From contig JANLWG010000137.1 of NCBI GenBank assembly GCA_031364405.1, positions 1 to 50,387 of the forward strand: a stretch of 50,387 nt of DNA. The letters are read 5' to 3'. Origin of the DNA: Hyphomicrobiales bacterium (GTDB lineage: Bacteria; Pseudomonadota; Alphaproteobacteria; Rhizobiales; Aestuariivirgaceae). This document shows, in pieces, positions 1 through 9,280 of this stretch (position 1 is its first letter; each line of letters begins with the position of its first letter). The notes under the pieces were generated by a model. That model worked only from the letters and a program-made list of their open reading frames with translations, searched no databases and was not told the origin of the DNA. Both the position numbers and the translations under genes were made by a program.

Positions 1-2
1 CG

Positions 3-1358
3 GTGCTTGGTCTCGATACCATGCTGCGGAAATACGGCACCATGACACGCGAAGCGGTTATGGTGCCCGCCATCAAACTGGCTGACGAGGGTTTTGTTCT
101 CGGACAGGGAGACGCCAGCATCCTGGCAACTTCGACCAAGAATTTTGCCGGTCAACCGGATGTTGCAAGTATCTTCCTGAATAACGGGCAGCCGTGGCAA
201 GCGGGTGACAGGTTGGTTCAATCCAACCTTGCGCAAACGCTGCGCACCATCGCGCAACAGGGGCCTGACGCCTTTTACAAGGGGACGATCGCTGATGCCA
301 TCGTCGCGGCCAGCAGTGCCAACGGCGGAATAATTTCGAAGCAGGACTTGGCCAATTATACTGTTGCCGAAGCAGCGCCCGTGCGCTGCAACTATCGCGG
401 TTACGAACTGATTTCAGCTCCACCACCGAGTTCTGGCGGCACTGCCATCTGCGAGATTCTCAACATTCTCGAAGGCTATCCTATCTCCGAATTGGGATTT
501 CATTCGGCCTCCTCCATTCACTTCATGGTTGAAGCGATGCGGCACACATTTGTGGACCGGAATTTTCAGCTGGGCGATCCAGACTTCGTCAATAATCCGC
601 TCGACCGGCTTCTGTCGGAGTCCTACGCGGCGGAGATCAGGGCGAAGATCGATGCGGTGAAGGCAGCCAATTCCAAGGACGTGCAGCCGGGCACGGCACC
701 CCATGAGGGCACCGAGACAACGCACTTCTCGGTGGTCGACACAGCGGGCAACGCGGTTTCCGTTACCTACACCATCAACGCGCTGTTCGGAGCCAAAGTT
801 ATTGCCGGAGATACCGGATTTTTTCTCAACGATGAGATGGATGATTTCACGGTGAAGCCAGGTGTTCCAAACCTGTTCGGCCTGGTTCAAGGCAAGACCA
901 ATGCGATTGCTCCCGGCAAACGGCCACTGAGTTCGATGAGTCCCACCATTGTAACCAAGGATGGCAAGACATTCATGGTGCTTGGCAGTCCGGGCGGCTC
1001 GCGCATTATAACGATTGCTGTCGAGATCATCTTGAATGTCGTTGATCACGGCATGAACATTCAGGAAGCGGTGAACGCGCCGCGTATCCATCACCAGTGG
1101 CTGCCGGATCAGATTTCGGCGGAACCCTTCGCACTGTCACCCGATACGGCCAGGATTTTGACCGGGATGGGATACAAGATTGTCGAACAGGCGCCGTGGG
1201 GTGCCGCCGAGGCCATTCTCATCGGACCCAAGGAAGACACAACAGCGGTGCTGCAAACCTCAGGCAATGATGCGATGGCAGGAAACAGGCCGATACCCGG
1301 AATACTCTATGGCGCTCATGATGATCGCCGGCCAGCAGGTTCTGCCGCCGGGTTTTGA
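3..1358 (+). CDS. ggt: Gamma-glutamyltransferase (5'-truncated by window edge)
   Basis: PPPSSGG motif, ETTHFSV with the catalytic Thr, LNDEMDDF, PGKRPLSSMSPT, GSPGGSRI and PRIHHQWLPD. Confidence 0.95.
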   Translation: MLGLDTMLRKYGTMTREAVMVPAIKLADEGFVLGQGDASILATSTKNFAGQPDVASIFLNNGQPWQAGDRLVQSNLAQTLRTIAQQGPDAFYKGTIADAIVAASSANGGIISKQDLANYTVAEAAPVRCNYRGYELISAPPPSSGGTAICEILNILEGYPISELGFHSASSIHFMVEAMRHTFVDRNFQLGDPDFVNNPLDRLLSESYAAEIRAKIDAVKAANSKDVQPGTAPHEGTETTHFSVVDTAGNAVSVTYTINALFGAKVIAGDTGFFLNDEMDDFTVKPGVPNLFGLVQGKTNAIAPGKRPLSSMSPTIVTKDGKTFMVLGSPGGSRIITIAVEIILNVVDHGMNIQEAVNAPRIHHQWLPDQISAEPFALSPDTARILTGMGYKIVEQAPWGAAEAILIGPKEDTTAVLQTSGNDAMAGNRPIPGILYGAHDDRRPAGSAAGF

Positions 1359-1397
1359 AGTAGGTTGCTGTTCAAGAAACGCCGATACGGTCCATAG

Positions 1398-2285
1398 CTA
1401 CCGTCCGCCTGGCGATGCGGCCAGCTTTGCGCGCAGATCGTCGCGCAGCGCTCTCATGCCGATCACTGTCAGCCCCTGATTGTCCAGCCAATCCCGGAAT
1501 TCAGCGGTCCGAAACAATTGATACTCGGCGGTGCGAATGTGGCTGGATTGCACATCGATTGCCTCGATTTCTCCCGGCATGGTGAAATGAAGCGCCATGA
1601 ATGTATAACCAGGAACAATGCCAGTGATCAAGCCGCGATAAATTGCTTCAGCCGGGCCAGCGGGTTGCCATGGCGTTTCGACAATTCTGTCGAATAAATG
1701 AAACCCGCTGGCCCGGGCCAGTTCGGCATGCCTGCGATAGTCGTGATCCCTTACGCCTTGCAGATTATGAATGCCGCCATAGGTGGAGAGGCTGGGGGTC
1801 ATAAGAATTGGAAGTGCAAATTCAATGCCAAGGCGAATATATATCTCACAAAATTCCGGAGCCAGCACGGCGCCGGCGTGGTCATCGAGATGGGTAACAT
1901 CGATGCCGGCGGCGAGCGCTGCTTCAATCTGCGCGCGAAGCTCGGCTTCCACTGCTTGTGGTTCGGCGCTGGCACGCAGCGAAGCAACATCGGCAAGAAA
2001 CATGCCGTGGCTATCGGTCATTCCCGCCGATGGTGGCGGTGCTGTCAATGGCCGCCACTTGTAGTGGGTCATTTCGCTGGTCAGGGTCAGATGAACGCCG
2101 AGATCGAGCTGGCGATCCGCGGCGGCCATTGCAACAACTTCAGGGAACCATGGACAAGGAATCATCACCGAGCCCGAACTGCAAACGCCGAGACGAGAGA
2201 GCTCGGCGTAGGCCGCATTGGCGCCGTGGCTCATACCAAGGTCGTCGGCATGGATGACCACGAATTTTTGCTTTTTGCCGGTCAT
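1398..2285 (-). CDS. ChbG/YdjC-family carbohydrate deacetylase
   Basis: IHADDLG at the N-terminus, GVHLTLTSE and THLDDH motifs. Start moved to the ATG at 2285 (MTGKKQKF), just downstream of the ABC ATPase stop. Confidence 0.85.
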   Translation of the reverse strand: MTGKKQKFVVIHADDLGMSHGANAAYAELSRLGVCSSGSVMIPCPWFPEVVAMAAADRQLDLGVHLTLTSEMTHYKWRPLTAPPPSAGMTDSHGMFLADVASLRASAEPQAVEAELRAQIEAALAAGIDVTHLDDHAGAVLAPEFCEIYIRLGIEFALPILMTPSLSTYGGIHNLQGVRDHDYRRHAELARASGFHLFDRIVETPWQPAGPAEAIYRGLITGIVPGYTFMALHFTMPGEIEAIDVQSSHIRTAEYQLFRTAEFRDWLDNQGLTVIGMRALRDDLRAKLAASPGGR

Positions 2286-2301
2286 CGCAGGTACGATTTC
2301 G

Positions 2302-3096
2302 CTACTTGATCGTCTCCAGAAGTTGCTCAATCTCATTTTCGACGGCATTCATATCCTCGCCGCCGGACATGATTGCCAATACTTCATCACGGGTGATTTC
2401 GGACTTGCGGAATGTGCCTTGGCCGGAGCCGCGGTTCAACAGGGTGAAGGTGTCGCCAACGGGATAAGCATGGCGAATATTGTGGGTGATGAAGATGACG
2501 GCCAGTCCGCGCAACCGCGCTTCGATGACAAATTTTAACACCATTGCCGCTTGATGCACGCCCAATGCCGAGGTTGGTTCATCGAGAATGAGAACTTTCG
2601 CGCCAAAATATATGGCGCGGGCGATGGCGACCGACTGGCGTTCGCCGCCCGAGAGAGTTCCAACCGCCTGGGTGGGGTCGCGTACCTGAATTCCAACATC
2701 GGCCATCGCCTGCCGGGCGATGGTGTTGGCGGTCTCCTTGTCAAACCGCTTGAATGGAAACACACCGCGCACCGGTTCGCGGCCGAGAAAGAAATTTCTG
2801 GAGATGCTCATCAGTGGAATAAGGCCCAGATCCTGAAATACCGTGGCGACGCCATATTCCGCCGCATCGCGGGGGCTACGAAAGCGAACTTCCCTTCCAG
2901 CCACCAGAATTTTACCCTCGGTTGGCTGATACACGCCCGACAGGATTTTGATCAGAGTCGACTTGCCGGCCCCGTTGTCGCCCAGCAGGCAATGAACTTC
3001 GCCGGGATAAACCTTGATATCTATATTGTTAAGCGCAATGACAGAGCCGAAACGTTTGCTGACCTGTTGAAGTTCAATCGCGGGAGCCACTGTCAT
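2302..3096 (-). CDS. Sugar (CUT2) ABC transporter ATP-binding protein, single NBD
   Basis: Walker A GDNGAGKS, signature LSGGERQ, Walker B ILDEPT. Confidence 0.95.
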   Translation of the reverse strand: MTVAPAIELQQVSKRFGSVIALNNIDIKVYPGEVHCLLGDNGAGKSTLIKILSGVYQPTEGKILVAGREVRFRSPRDAAEYGVATVFQDLGLIPLMSISRNFFLGREPVRGVFPFKRFDKETANTIARQAMADVGIQVRDPTQAVGTLSGGERQSVAIARAIYFGAKVLILDEPTSALGVHQAAMVLKFVIEARLRGLAVIFITHNIRHAYPVGDTFTLLNRGSGQGTFRKSEITRDEVLAIMSGGEDMNAVENEIEQLLETIK

Positions 3097-4244
3097 GACG
3101 CCGCCCTCTCGCCCAGAGCCTTGGCGCGCGTGTAGTTATTGACGAGAACGGCGATGAGGATGACGATACCGAGAAAGACCTTGAACCAGTCAGTGTCGAT
3201 GCCTGTATAGAAAATGCCCATTTGCACCAGCCCGAAAATCAATGCGCCAAATGCAGCGCCATAGATGGTGCCATATCCGCCAGTCAGCAATACGCCACCG
3301 ATGACGACAGCGATGATTGCCTCGAACTCCTTGAGCACACCGCGCACGGTGTCGGCGGAACCCGCTTCCATCACCTGAATGGTTGCCAGCAATGTCGCGG
3401 CACATGCGGTGGCCACGAATAATATAATTTTTACGCGCGACACCGGCACGCCAACATTTCTGGCGACGACGGGATCACCACCCGATGCATAGATCCAGTT
3501 GCCAAAGCGCGTCTCCGCCAATATCCATCCGGCAACGGCGGTGATGACCAGCCACCAGACAATCGACATTGGAATGCCCGGCACGAAGGGTGAGCCGTCG
3601 CTCTTGACGCCAATCCAGCCCTGTTCACCCATCCAGTAAAACAATCCGGTCAGGACATGGCCGTTGAAGATGCCCGCCACCCACAGGTCCGGCACGTCGT
3701 TGAGGATATAGGGAATTTGCGTGCGTCCAGTGACGGCGCGGGTGATGCCGATCGACAGGCCACGCAGGATAAACAGCGATGCAAGGGTTACGATGAACGA
3801 GGGGAGTTTGGTTTTCACAACAATGAGGCCATTGAGATAGCCAACCAGCAGCGCCACGGCAAAGGCCGAGGAAATTCCGGCCCACAGGGGGAAACCCATG
3901 TGCTTGACTGTCAAGCCGATCACCACGCCGGCAAAACCGATCATCGAGCCGATCGACAAGTCAAATTCACCGGCAATGATCAATAGCGCGACGGCGGCGG
4001 CGATGATGCCAAGTTCGGCAGCCAAAGTCAGAAAGGTCAGCGAGCCCTGCAATGAGTAGAGTGAGTTTGCGCCCGGCAGCACGGCGAAGATCAGCACCGT
4101 CGCAATCAGCCCACAAACGACACCGGATTCCGGCCGCCGCAACAATCGAACCAACCAGCTGGTTTTTGTCAGCCGCTCGTCGAGGTCGCCGCGTTGTTTC
4201 GGAGTTACGCCTTGCACCGGCGTTGCCTCACCATTCCTTGTCAT
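3093..4244 (-). CDS. Sugar ABC transporter permease (RbsC/BPD_transp_2 family)
   Basis: Multiple TM segments; [17 protein letters not shown] and [10 protein letters not shown] motifs. Overlaps the ATPase start. Confidence 0.93.
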   Translation of the reverse strand: MTRNGEATPVQGVTPKQRGDLDERLTKTSWLVRLLRRPESGVVCGLIATVLIFAVLPGANSLYSLQGSLTFLTLAAELGIIAAAVALLIIAGEFDLSIGSMIGFAGVVIGLTVKHMGFPLWAGISSAFAVALLVGYLNGLIVVKTKLPSFIVTLASLFILRGLSIGITRAVTGRTQIPYILNDVPDLWVAGIFNGHVLTGLFYWMGEQGWIGVKSDGSPFVPGIPMSIVWWLVITAVAGWILAETRFGNWIYASGGDPVVARNVGVPVSRVKIILFVATACAATLLATIQVMEAGSADTVRGVLKEFEAIIAVVIGGVLLTGGYGTIYGAAFGALIFGLVQMGIFYTGIDTDWFKVFLGIVILIAVLVNNYTRAKALGERAAS

Positions 4245-4325
4245 TCCCGCTTGCTCCGGTCATGAAAATATTTTGCAGGGGAAGGCGGTTCTGCCCGCCC
4301 TCCCCGTATCACCGGCCGAACAAAC

Positions 4326-5294
4326 TTAACGAATGCCCTGCTTGGATAGAGCCAGGACGCCCTTCGCCTTTTCGGGCGTGTCGATGAACAGTGGTCCGGT
4401 GTAAATGTTGTTCTGGATCCAGAAGCCATGGGTGGCATTCTCAACCAGGGCAATAACCGGAAGATAACCCATCAGGTATTGCTGACCGTCGATACCAAAG
4501 CCCATCTCGCCAGCGGCCACCGACTCGAGAATTTCCGGCCCGAGGTCATAGGTGTAGAGCTTCAGCTTGCCGAACAGCTCTTGATCCTTGAAGAATTTGA
4601 TCAAAGGATTGGCTGATGCCGTGCCGGTGGCAAACACCGCTTGCACATCGGTGTGCGCCGAAAGATAGGCCTGCACCCGGCGGGTTACGTCGGCTGGATC
4701 CTGGGCAACGGCCACGACTTCCGAGCTGCCGCCCGATTTCGCCAATCCGTCGTTGATGCCCTGGCAGCGTTCGTCAAGGCTGATATTGCCAACCTCGTGA
4801 TTGACGCAAACAACTTTCAGCGTGCCTTCCTTGGCGAGGCGTTCGCCGGCCCGGATACCTGCCTGGTATTCGGACGTGGTGCCAACATAAAGCGGCACAC
4901 CAATGCTCTCGCCCTGCTTTTCGCCGGAGTCGATATTGATCACCGGAATCCCGGCGGCGAGTGCGCCTTGAATCGAAGACTTCAGCGCATCGATATCGGG
5001 AATCGATACGACGATGCCGTCAGGCTTGGTGGCGACCGCCGCTTCGATGAGGCGGGCCTGTTCGACGCTGTCAAAGACCTGGGGCGCGATATATTGCACC
5101 GACGCTCCAGTAAGCGCGGCGGCATCATCGACACCACGTTTCACGACTGACCAGTAGGCATCGGACGCGGCGCCATGGACGACGACTGCAATTTTTACAT
5201 CCTTGGCTTCCTTTAGTCCGTCAGCATTCGCTCCCATAACCATGCAGCCGAGTGTGGCCATGACTGCGATGGTCGTCTTGATTAGATTTCGCAT
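4326..5294 (-). CDS. Sugar/inositol-type ABC substrate-binding protein (periplasmic binding protein type 1)
   Basis: Signal peptide; VVHG..SDAYWSVVKRG, CVNHEVGN.SLDERC.G and DGQQYLMGY motifs. Confidence 0.9.
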   Translation of the reverse strand: MRNLIKTTIAVMATLGCMVMGANADGLKEAKDVKIAVVVHGAASDAYWSVVKRGVDDAAALTGASVQYIAPQVFDSVEQARLIEAAVATKPDGIVVSIPDIDALKSSIQGALAAGIPVINIDSGEKQGESIGVPLYVGTTSEYQAGIRAGERLAKEGTLKVVCVNHEVGNISLDERCQGINDGLAKSGGSSEVVAVAQDPADVTRRVQAYLSAHTDVQAVFATGTASANPLIKFFKDQELFGKLKLYTYDLGPEILESVAAGEMGFGIDGQQYLMGYLPVIALVENATHGFWIQNNIYTGPLFIDTPEKAKGVLALSKQGIR

Positions 5295-5419
5295 GATCGT
5301 CTCCTCCTGTTGTTCCTCTGCCCACCGCTATGGCCGAAGGCAGACCAGTTGCCATTCAGTTCTCTTTGTTTTCACCTCAGCACTGGTTCCTTTGGGGTGC
5401 CAGCCGTAACCTGCACCCT

Positions 5420-5752
5420 TCAATTATCAACTGTAAAGCCCGCCGCTTTTGCCAGCCGCGATAGATTTTCAAAACCCATCCTGGCATAAGTAAGTGGGTG
5501 GGTTTTCTTCGGGTCCTGTTCGGCCTCAACCACCAGCCAACCGGAATAATCAGCCTCCGCCAGAACGCGCGGGCTCAGGGGGTCGCCTTCGGCAAAGGCC
5601 GAGTGCCCGGTGACAAAGCCACGCGCGGTGGCGGAAAGGTCGCACACACCAGCGACTTCGAACTGCGGCTTCAACCGGAGAAGATTGGGGATATGTTCGA
5701 TCCCGGCGATGCCGCCCGCGCCAACCACACCGATCCCTATCTTTCGCGCCAT
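5420..5752 (-). pseudogene. In-frame deletion fusion of a Gfo/Idh/MocA oxidoreductase N-terminus and a myo-inosose-2 dehydratase (IolE/MocC) C-terminus
   Basis: The first ~50 aa (IGIGVVGAGGIA..EHIPNL..FEVAGVCD) are a Rossmann start. The last ~50 aa (RVLAEADYSGWLVVEAEQDP..HPLTYARMG) match the IolE C-terminus. Total length is only 110 aa. Confidence 0.8.
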
Positions 5753-5766
5753 GCCGGATTTTTCCT

Positions 5767-7059
5767 TCAGACGGCGGGCTGGCTGGGATGCCCGCTCCTC
5801 GTCACGGCGCGATCCCGGCTGATCGAGTCGAACTTCTGAACGTCGATCGGAATGATGTTCCGCATGTCTGCTTCGTCCAAGGACATACCACCCAGCGCCA
5901 CCCGGCTGGCGATCCCGATATTATGGATGATGTCGGCAATCTGGTTTTCGCTATGCTCGGGATTGGTTGGAACCATCACCGTGCGGTCGAGAATCTCCAA
6001 CGACCGTGCGCACATATCCGCGGTGTAAGTCTTCCGGCATTTGGCGTTGGCCGGCATCAGATAGGGGTTCATCGCCGGATGTGCTGCCCCTGCTCCGATG
6101 AGCACCTGATCCCACTCCGTGTAAGTGTGGCGCCCGGTCTTGCCAGCAATTACGCTTGGAAAAATTCCGGTAAAGCGTTGGGCGGCATCGGCGGATGGAA
6201 GCGAGTACATCACGTGGGTGGCGCAATCATGAGCGGCACTGTTCATCGGCGATGGCCGTAGCCCAAGATTGCCGAAGGCCTCCGTGCCAGAAAGAATCTT
6301 GCGCTTTTCCGCACGCATCGCCGAAATCATGCCGTCGAGACGGTCGAGTTGGACGTTGAGCACCGCCCCCATCAATTCGGAAGCCCGCGCGCCGTTTCCA
6401 GCGAAAGGTTTTTCCTCATCGTCGCGGCCATTCCAATAGAAGTGACAGGGGTCAATGGCGCCGCGCACCCGCTTGGCCAGGCGATCATCATTGACGGCAA
6501 CGCCGCCGCCCTCGCCGCATGTCATGTTTTTGTAGAAGTTGAAACTGAAAGCACCGATATGCCCGATCGAACCGAACTTGCGGCCTTCATAGCCGCCGCC
6601 AACACCCTGGCAGGCATCTTCGATGACAATCAGTCCGCGCCGCCGGGCGATGTCCATAATGGCGTCCATGTTGCAGGCGGCACCCCACATATGCACGGGA
6701 ATCACCGCTTTGGTGCACGGACCGATCGCCGTTTCGATGGCGGCGGGATCAATGGTGATACTCTCGTCGACATCGACAATGACCGGAATCGCACCGGCGG
6801 CAAGAACAGCCGTAGCAGTGGCCATATAGGTATGAGCCGGTATCAGCACTTCATCGCCGGGGCCGATGCCGACGGCAACCAAAGCCGCGACCAGCGCGTT
6901 GCTGCCGCTCGCCGCCAAAGCAAAATGGGTGACCCCCAGATAAGCCGCGTAGCGGGCCTCAAAACGATCGCACTCATGGCCAACGCCATAGCGAAACAGG
7001 GTCTTGCTGCGGACGACGCGGGCCAGCGCCTCGATCTCTTCTTCGCCAACAGTGTACAT
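5767..7059 (-). CDS. DegT/DnrJ/EryC1/StrS-family PLP aminotransferase
   Basis: GPGDEVLIP, IPVHMWG, IEDACQ and FSFNFYKNMTCGEGG with the PLP lysine. Confidence 0.92.
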   Translation of the reverse strand: MYTVGEEEIEALARVVRSKTLFRYGVGHECDRFEARYAAYLGVTHFALAASGSNALVAALVAVGIGPGDEVLIPAHTYMATATAVLAAGAIPVIVDVDESITIDPAAIETAIGPCTKAVIPVHMWGAACNMDAIMDIARRRGLIVIEDACQGVGGGYEGRKFGSIGHIGAFSFNFYKNMTCGEGGGVAVNDDRLAKRVRGAIDPCHFYWNGRDDEEKPFAGNGARASELMGAVLNVQLDRLDGMISAMRAEKRKILSGTEAFGNLGLRPSPMNSAAHDCATHVMYSLPSADAAQRFTGIFPSVIAGKTGRHTYTEWDQVLIGAGAAHPAMNPYLMPANAKCRKTYTADMCARSLEILDRTVMVPTNPEHSENQIADIIHNIGIASRVALGGMSLDEADMRNIIPIDVQKFDSISRDRAVTRSGHPSQPAV

Positions 7060-7106
7060 GTGCCACCTCGGATTTTTTCGTTGCAGAAGGCGAAAGCTAT
7101 AGGCAA

Positions 7107-7154
7107 AGTGGTCTTAAAGTCAGAACCAGATTGTGACAATTTTTGAGAACCACT
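7107..7154. promoter_or_regulatory. Putative MocR-family operator in the divergent intergenic region
   Basis: AGTGGT (7107) is inverted to ACCACT (7149-7154). AGAACCA is directly repeated at 7122 and 7146. The palindrome ATTGTGACAAT is at 7130-7140. Confidence 0.55.
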
Positions 7155-8597
7155 ATGACGGCGGCATTTCCCATTGAAACCATCGTTCTGAACCCAGCTT
7201 CGACAGTCAACCTGCATCGCCAGCTTTACAGTCAATTGCGCGGCCTCATCGAAAAACAGGCCCTGGCCAGCGGCAGCGTAATTCCATCCACACGGTTTCT
7301 TGCGAAGGATCTCGGCATTGGCCGCAACAGCGTCATTGCCGCGTATGATCAGTTAGCACTCGAAGGTTATCTGCGAATGCGGAAGGGCGCGCCGCCTGTG
7401 GTGGTCGATTTGCCAGCTCACGGCAGCATCGCCAGCCAGCCACGGGCAGTTGGCAGCACCTACATTTCGGCGCGTGGAAAAATTCTGCAGGCGCAACGTT
7501 ATCATCATGGCAATCCGGGAGGCCTCGCGCTTCATCCGGGCATGCCTGACCCAGATAATTTCCCATTCAATACATGGTCAAAACTTCTGGCACGCCGGGC
7601 CAAGGCCGCGCGGCACGGTTTGTTTGGTGCTTACCATATTAACGGTCATCCACCGCTTCGCGAGGCAATTGCCCGCTATCTTACCGCGTCGCGCGGAGTG
7701 AATTGCACCGCCGGTCAAATTGTGGTGACCAATGGTGCGCAGTCGGCATTTGACTTGCTCGCCCGCATGCTGCTCGATCCCGGCGACAGCGTGTGGATGG
7801 AAGAGCCAGGCTACTATGGAGCGAGTGCCGCCTTCCTGTCGGCTGGCGCCAAACTATCGGCGCTGAATGTGGATGAAGCCGGCTGGCAACTCGATCCGCC
7901 CAAGTCAACTCCGCGGGTTATTTTCGTAACTCCATCCTGTCACCATCCGCTGGGAGTTACCATGCCGATGGAACAGCGGCTCAATCTCATCCGCATGGCG
8001 GAGAGCTGGAACTCGTGGATCATCGAAGATGATTATGACAGCGAATATCGCTTTCAAGGCCAGCCCATTCCGGCGCTGCAGGGGCTCGATGTTTCGAGCC
8101 GTGTTGTTTATGTCGGAACCTTCGCCAAGATCCTGTTCCCCGCCATGCGTCTGGGGTTCATGGTGGTGCCGCCGGCGATCGGTGACGGAATTGTTCCGGC
8201 GCTCAGTGCAACCGGCCAGTTCGCCCCGCTGCTGACCCAGGCGGCCCTGGCCGACTTCATGAATGAAGGCCATCTGACACGGCACCTCCGCCGCATGCGA
8301 CGGCTCTATTCGGTGCGGCGCCAATATTTCACCTCGGCCTTCGAGGATCACCTCAGCCAATGGTTACGGTTGCGCCGGACTGAGTCGGGCATTCAATTGG
8401 TGGGCCTCTTTCATTCCAGGCATGACGACAAAATCATTGCCGCCGCAGCGGTGGCAGAAGGGATCAATGTCTCGCCCCTGTCGATCCAGTATCATCATGC
8501 CCAGCAGCGTCGCGGTCTGGTCATGGGATTTGCGGTATCGGACGAGAAAACAACTCTCAAGGCCATGCGAAAGCTGCGCCAGATCCTTAGTGACTGA
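7155..8597 (+). CDS. MocR/GabR-subfamily GntR regulator (wHTH plus PLP aminotransferase-like domain)
   Basis: PSTRFLAKDLGIGRNSVIAAYDQL HTH; IIEDDYDSEYRF; VYVGTFAKILFPAMRLG. Confidence 0.95.
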   Translation: MTAAFPIETIVLNPASTVNLHRQLYSQLRGLIEKQALASGSVIPSTRFLAKDLGIGRNSVIAAYDQLALEGYLRMRKGAPPVVVDLPAHGSIASQPRAVGSTYISARGKILQAQRYHHGNPGGLALHPGMPDPDNFPFNTWSKLLARRAKAARHGLFGAYHINGHPPLREAIARYLTASRGVNCTAGQIVVTNGAQSAFDLLARMLLDPGDSVWMEEPGYYGASAAFLSAGAKLSALNVDEAGWQLDPPKSTPRVIFVTPSCHHPLGVTMPMEQRLNLIRMAESWNSWIIEDDYDSEYRFQGQPIPALQGLDVSSRVVYVGTFAKILFPAMRLGFMVVPPAIGDGIVPALSATGQFAPLLTQAALADFMNEGHLTRHLRRMRRLYSVRRQYFTSAFEDHLSQWLRLRRTESGIQLVGLFHSRHDDKIIAAAAVAEGINVSPLSIQYHHAQQRRGLVMGFAVSDEKTTLKAMRKLRQILSD

Positions 8598-8633
8598 AAC
8601 ATTCCGGCATGTAACAGGGTCGGGACATGGCGG

Positions 8634-8672
8634 ATTGCGGCCCGGCTGCCAAACCGGGCCGCAATTGTTTGT
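8634..8672 (+). terminator. Probable intrinsic terminator after the MocR-family gene
   Basis: Perfect 12-bp inverted repeat ATTGCGGCCCGG/CCGGGCCGCAAT followed by TGTTTGT, located between convergent genes. Confidence 0.6.
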
Positions 8673-8755
8673 ACAGGCAAATGGCAATGACCGGCGTGTT
8701 CAAACCGGCTCGACTACCCGCCGCAGTATCACTTCGGCCTGATGGGCAAGAGCGG

Positions 8756-9184
8756 TCAATTGCGGCCCGATGCATTTGAACGCCGTTCAGAAGCCGGGTT
8801 GCCGCCCAAATTATCCAGGATGGGACAGTCCGGGCGATCGTCGCCGTGACATTTTCCGGCGAGGTGCCGCAACATATCGCGCAGCCCCGTCAGTTTGATG
8901 ATGTCGGCTTCCAGCGCAGCAACATGGGCGAGAGCTATCTTTTTGACTTCGTGGCTCGATCGTCTCCGGTCGGACCAGAGTTTGAGCAGCTCGCGGATGC
9001 GTTCAAATGAAAAGCCCAGGTCGCGGGACCGGCGGATAAAACGCAAGGTGTGAACGTCCGCTTCGCCATACTGCCGGTAGCCGCCAGGCGATCTCTCCGG
9101 CTTCCGCACCAGGCCAGTTTCCTCGTAGTATCGAATCATCTTCGCAGGAACGCCGGATTGTTCCGCGACTTCACCGATATTCAT
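8756..9184 (-). CDS. cueR: Cu(I)-responsive MerR-family regulator
   Basis: MNIGE...KMIRYYE HTH and the C-terminal metal loop CHGDDRPDCPIL. Divergent from a Cu-ATPase. Confidence 0.93.
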   Translation of the reverse strand: MNIGEVAEQSGVPAKMIRYYEETGLVRKPERSPGGYRQYGEADVHTLRFIRRSRDLGFSFERIRELLKLWSDRRRSSHEVKKIALAHVAALEADIIKLTGLRDMLRHLAGKCHGDDRPDCPILDNLGGNPASERRSNASGRN

Positions 9185-9212
9185 CTTCAAACTCTTCAGC
9201 AAGAATTAAACC

Positions 9213-9245
9213 TTGACCTTCCAGTGGTGGGAAGGTTTATATGAT
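9213..9245 (+). promoter_or_regulatory. CueR operator / copA promoter
   Basis: -35 TTGACC at 9213 overlaps the perfect palindrome ACCTTCC-N7-GGAAGGT (9216-9236). A long spacer leads to TATATG/TATGAT. Confidence 0.9.
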
Positions 9246-9280
9246 GTGTCATCGATTGTCGAGCAAGGAAGAGACTTCAG

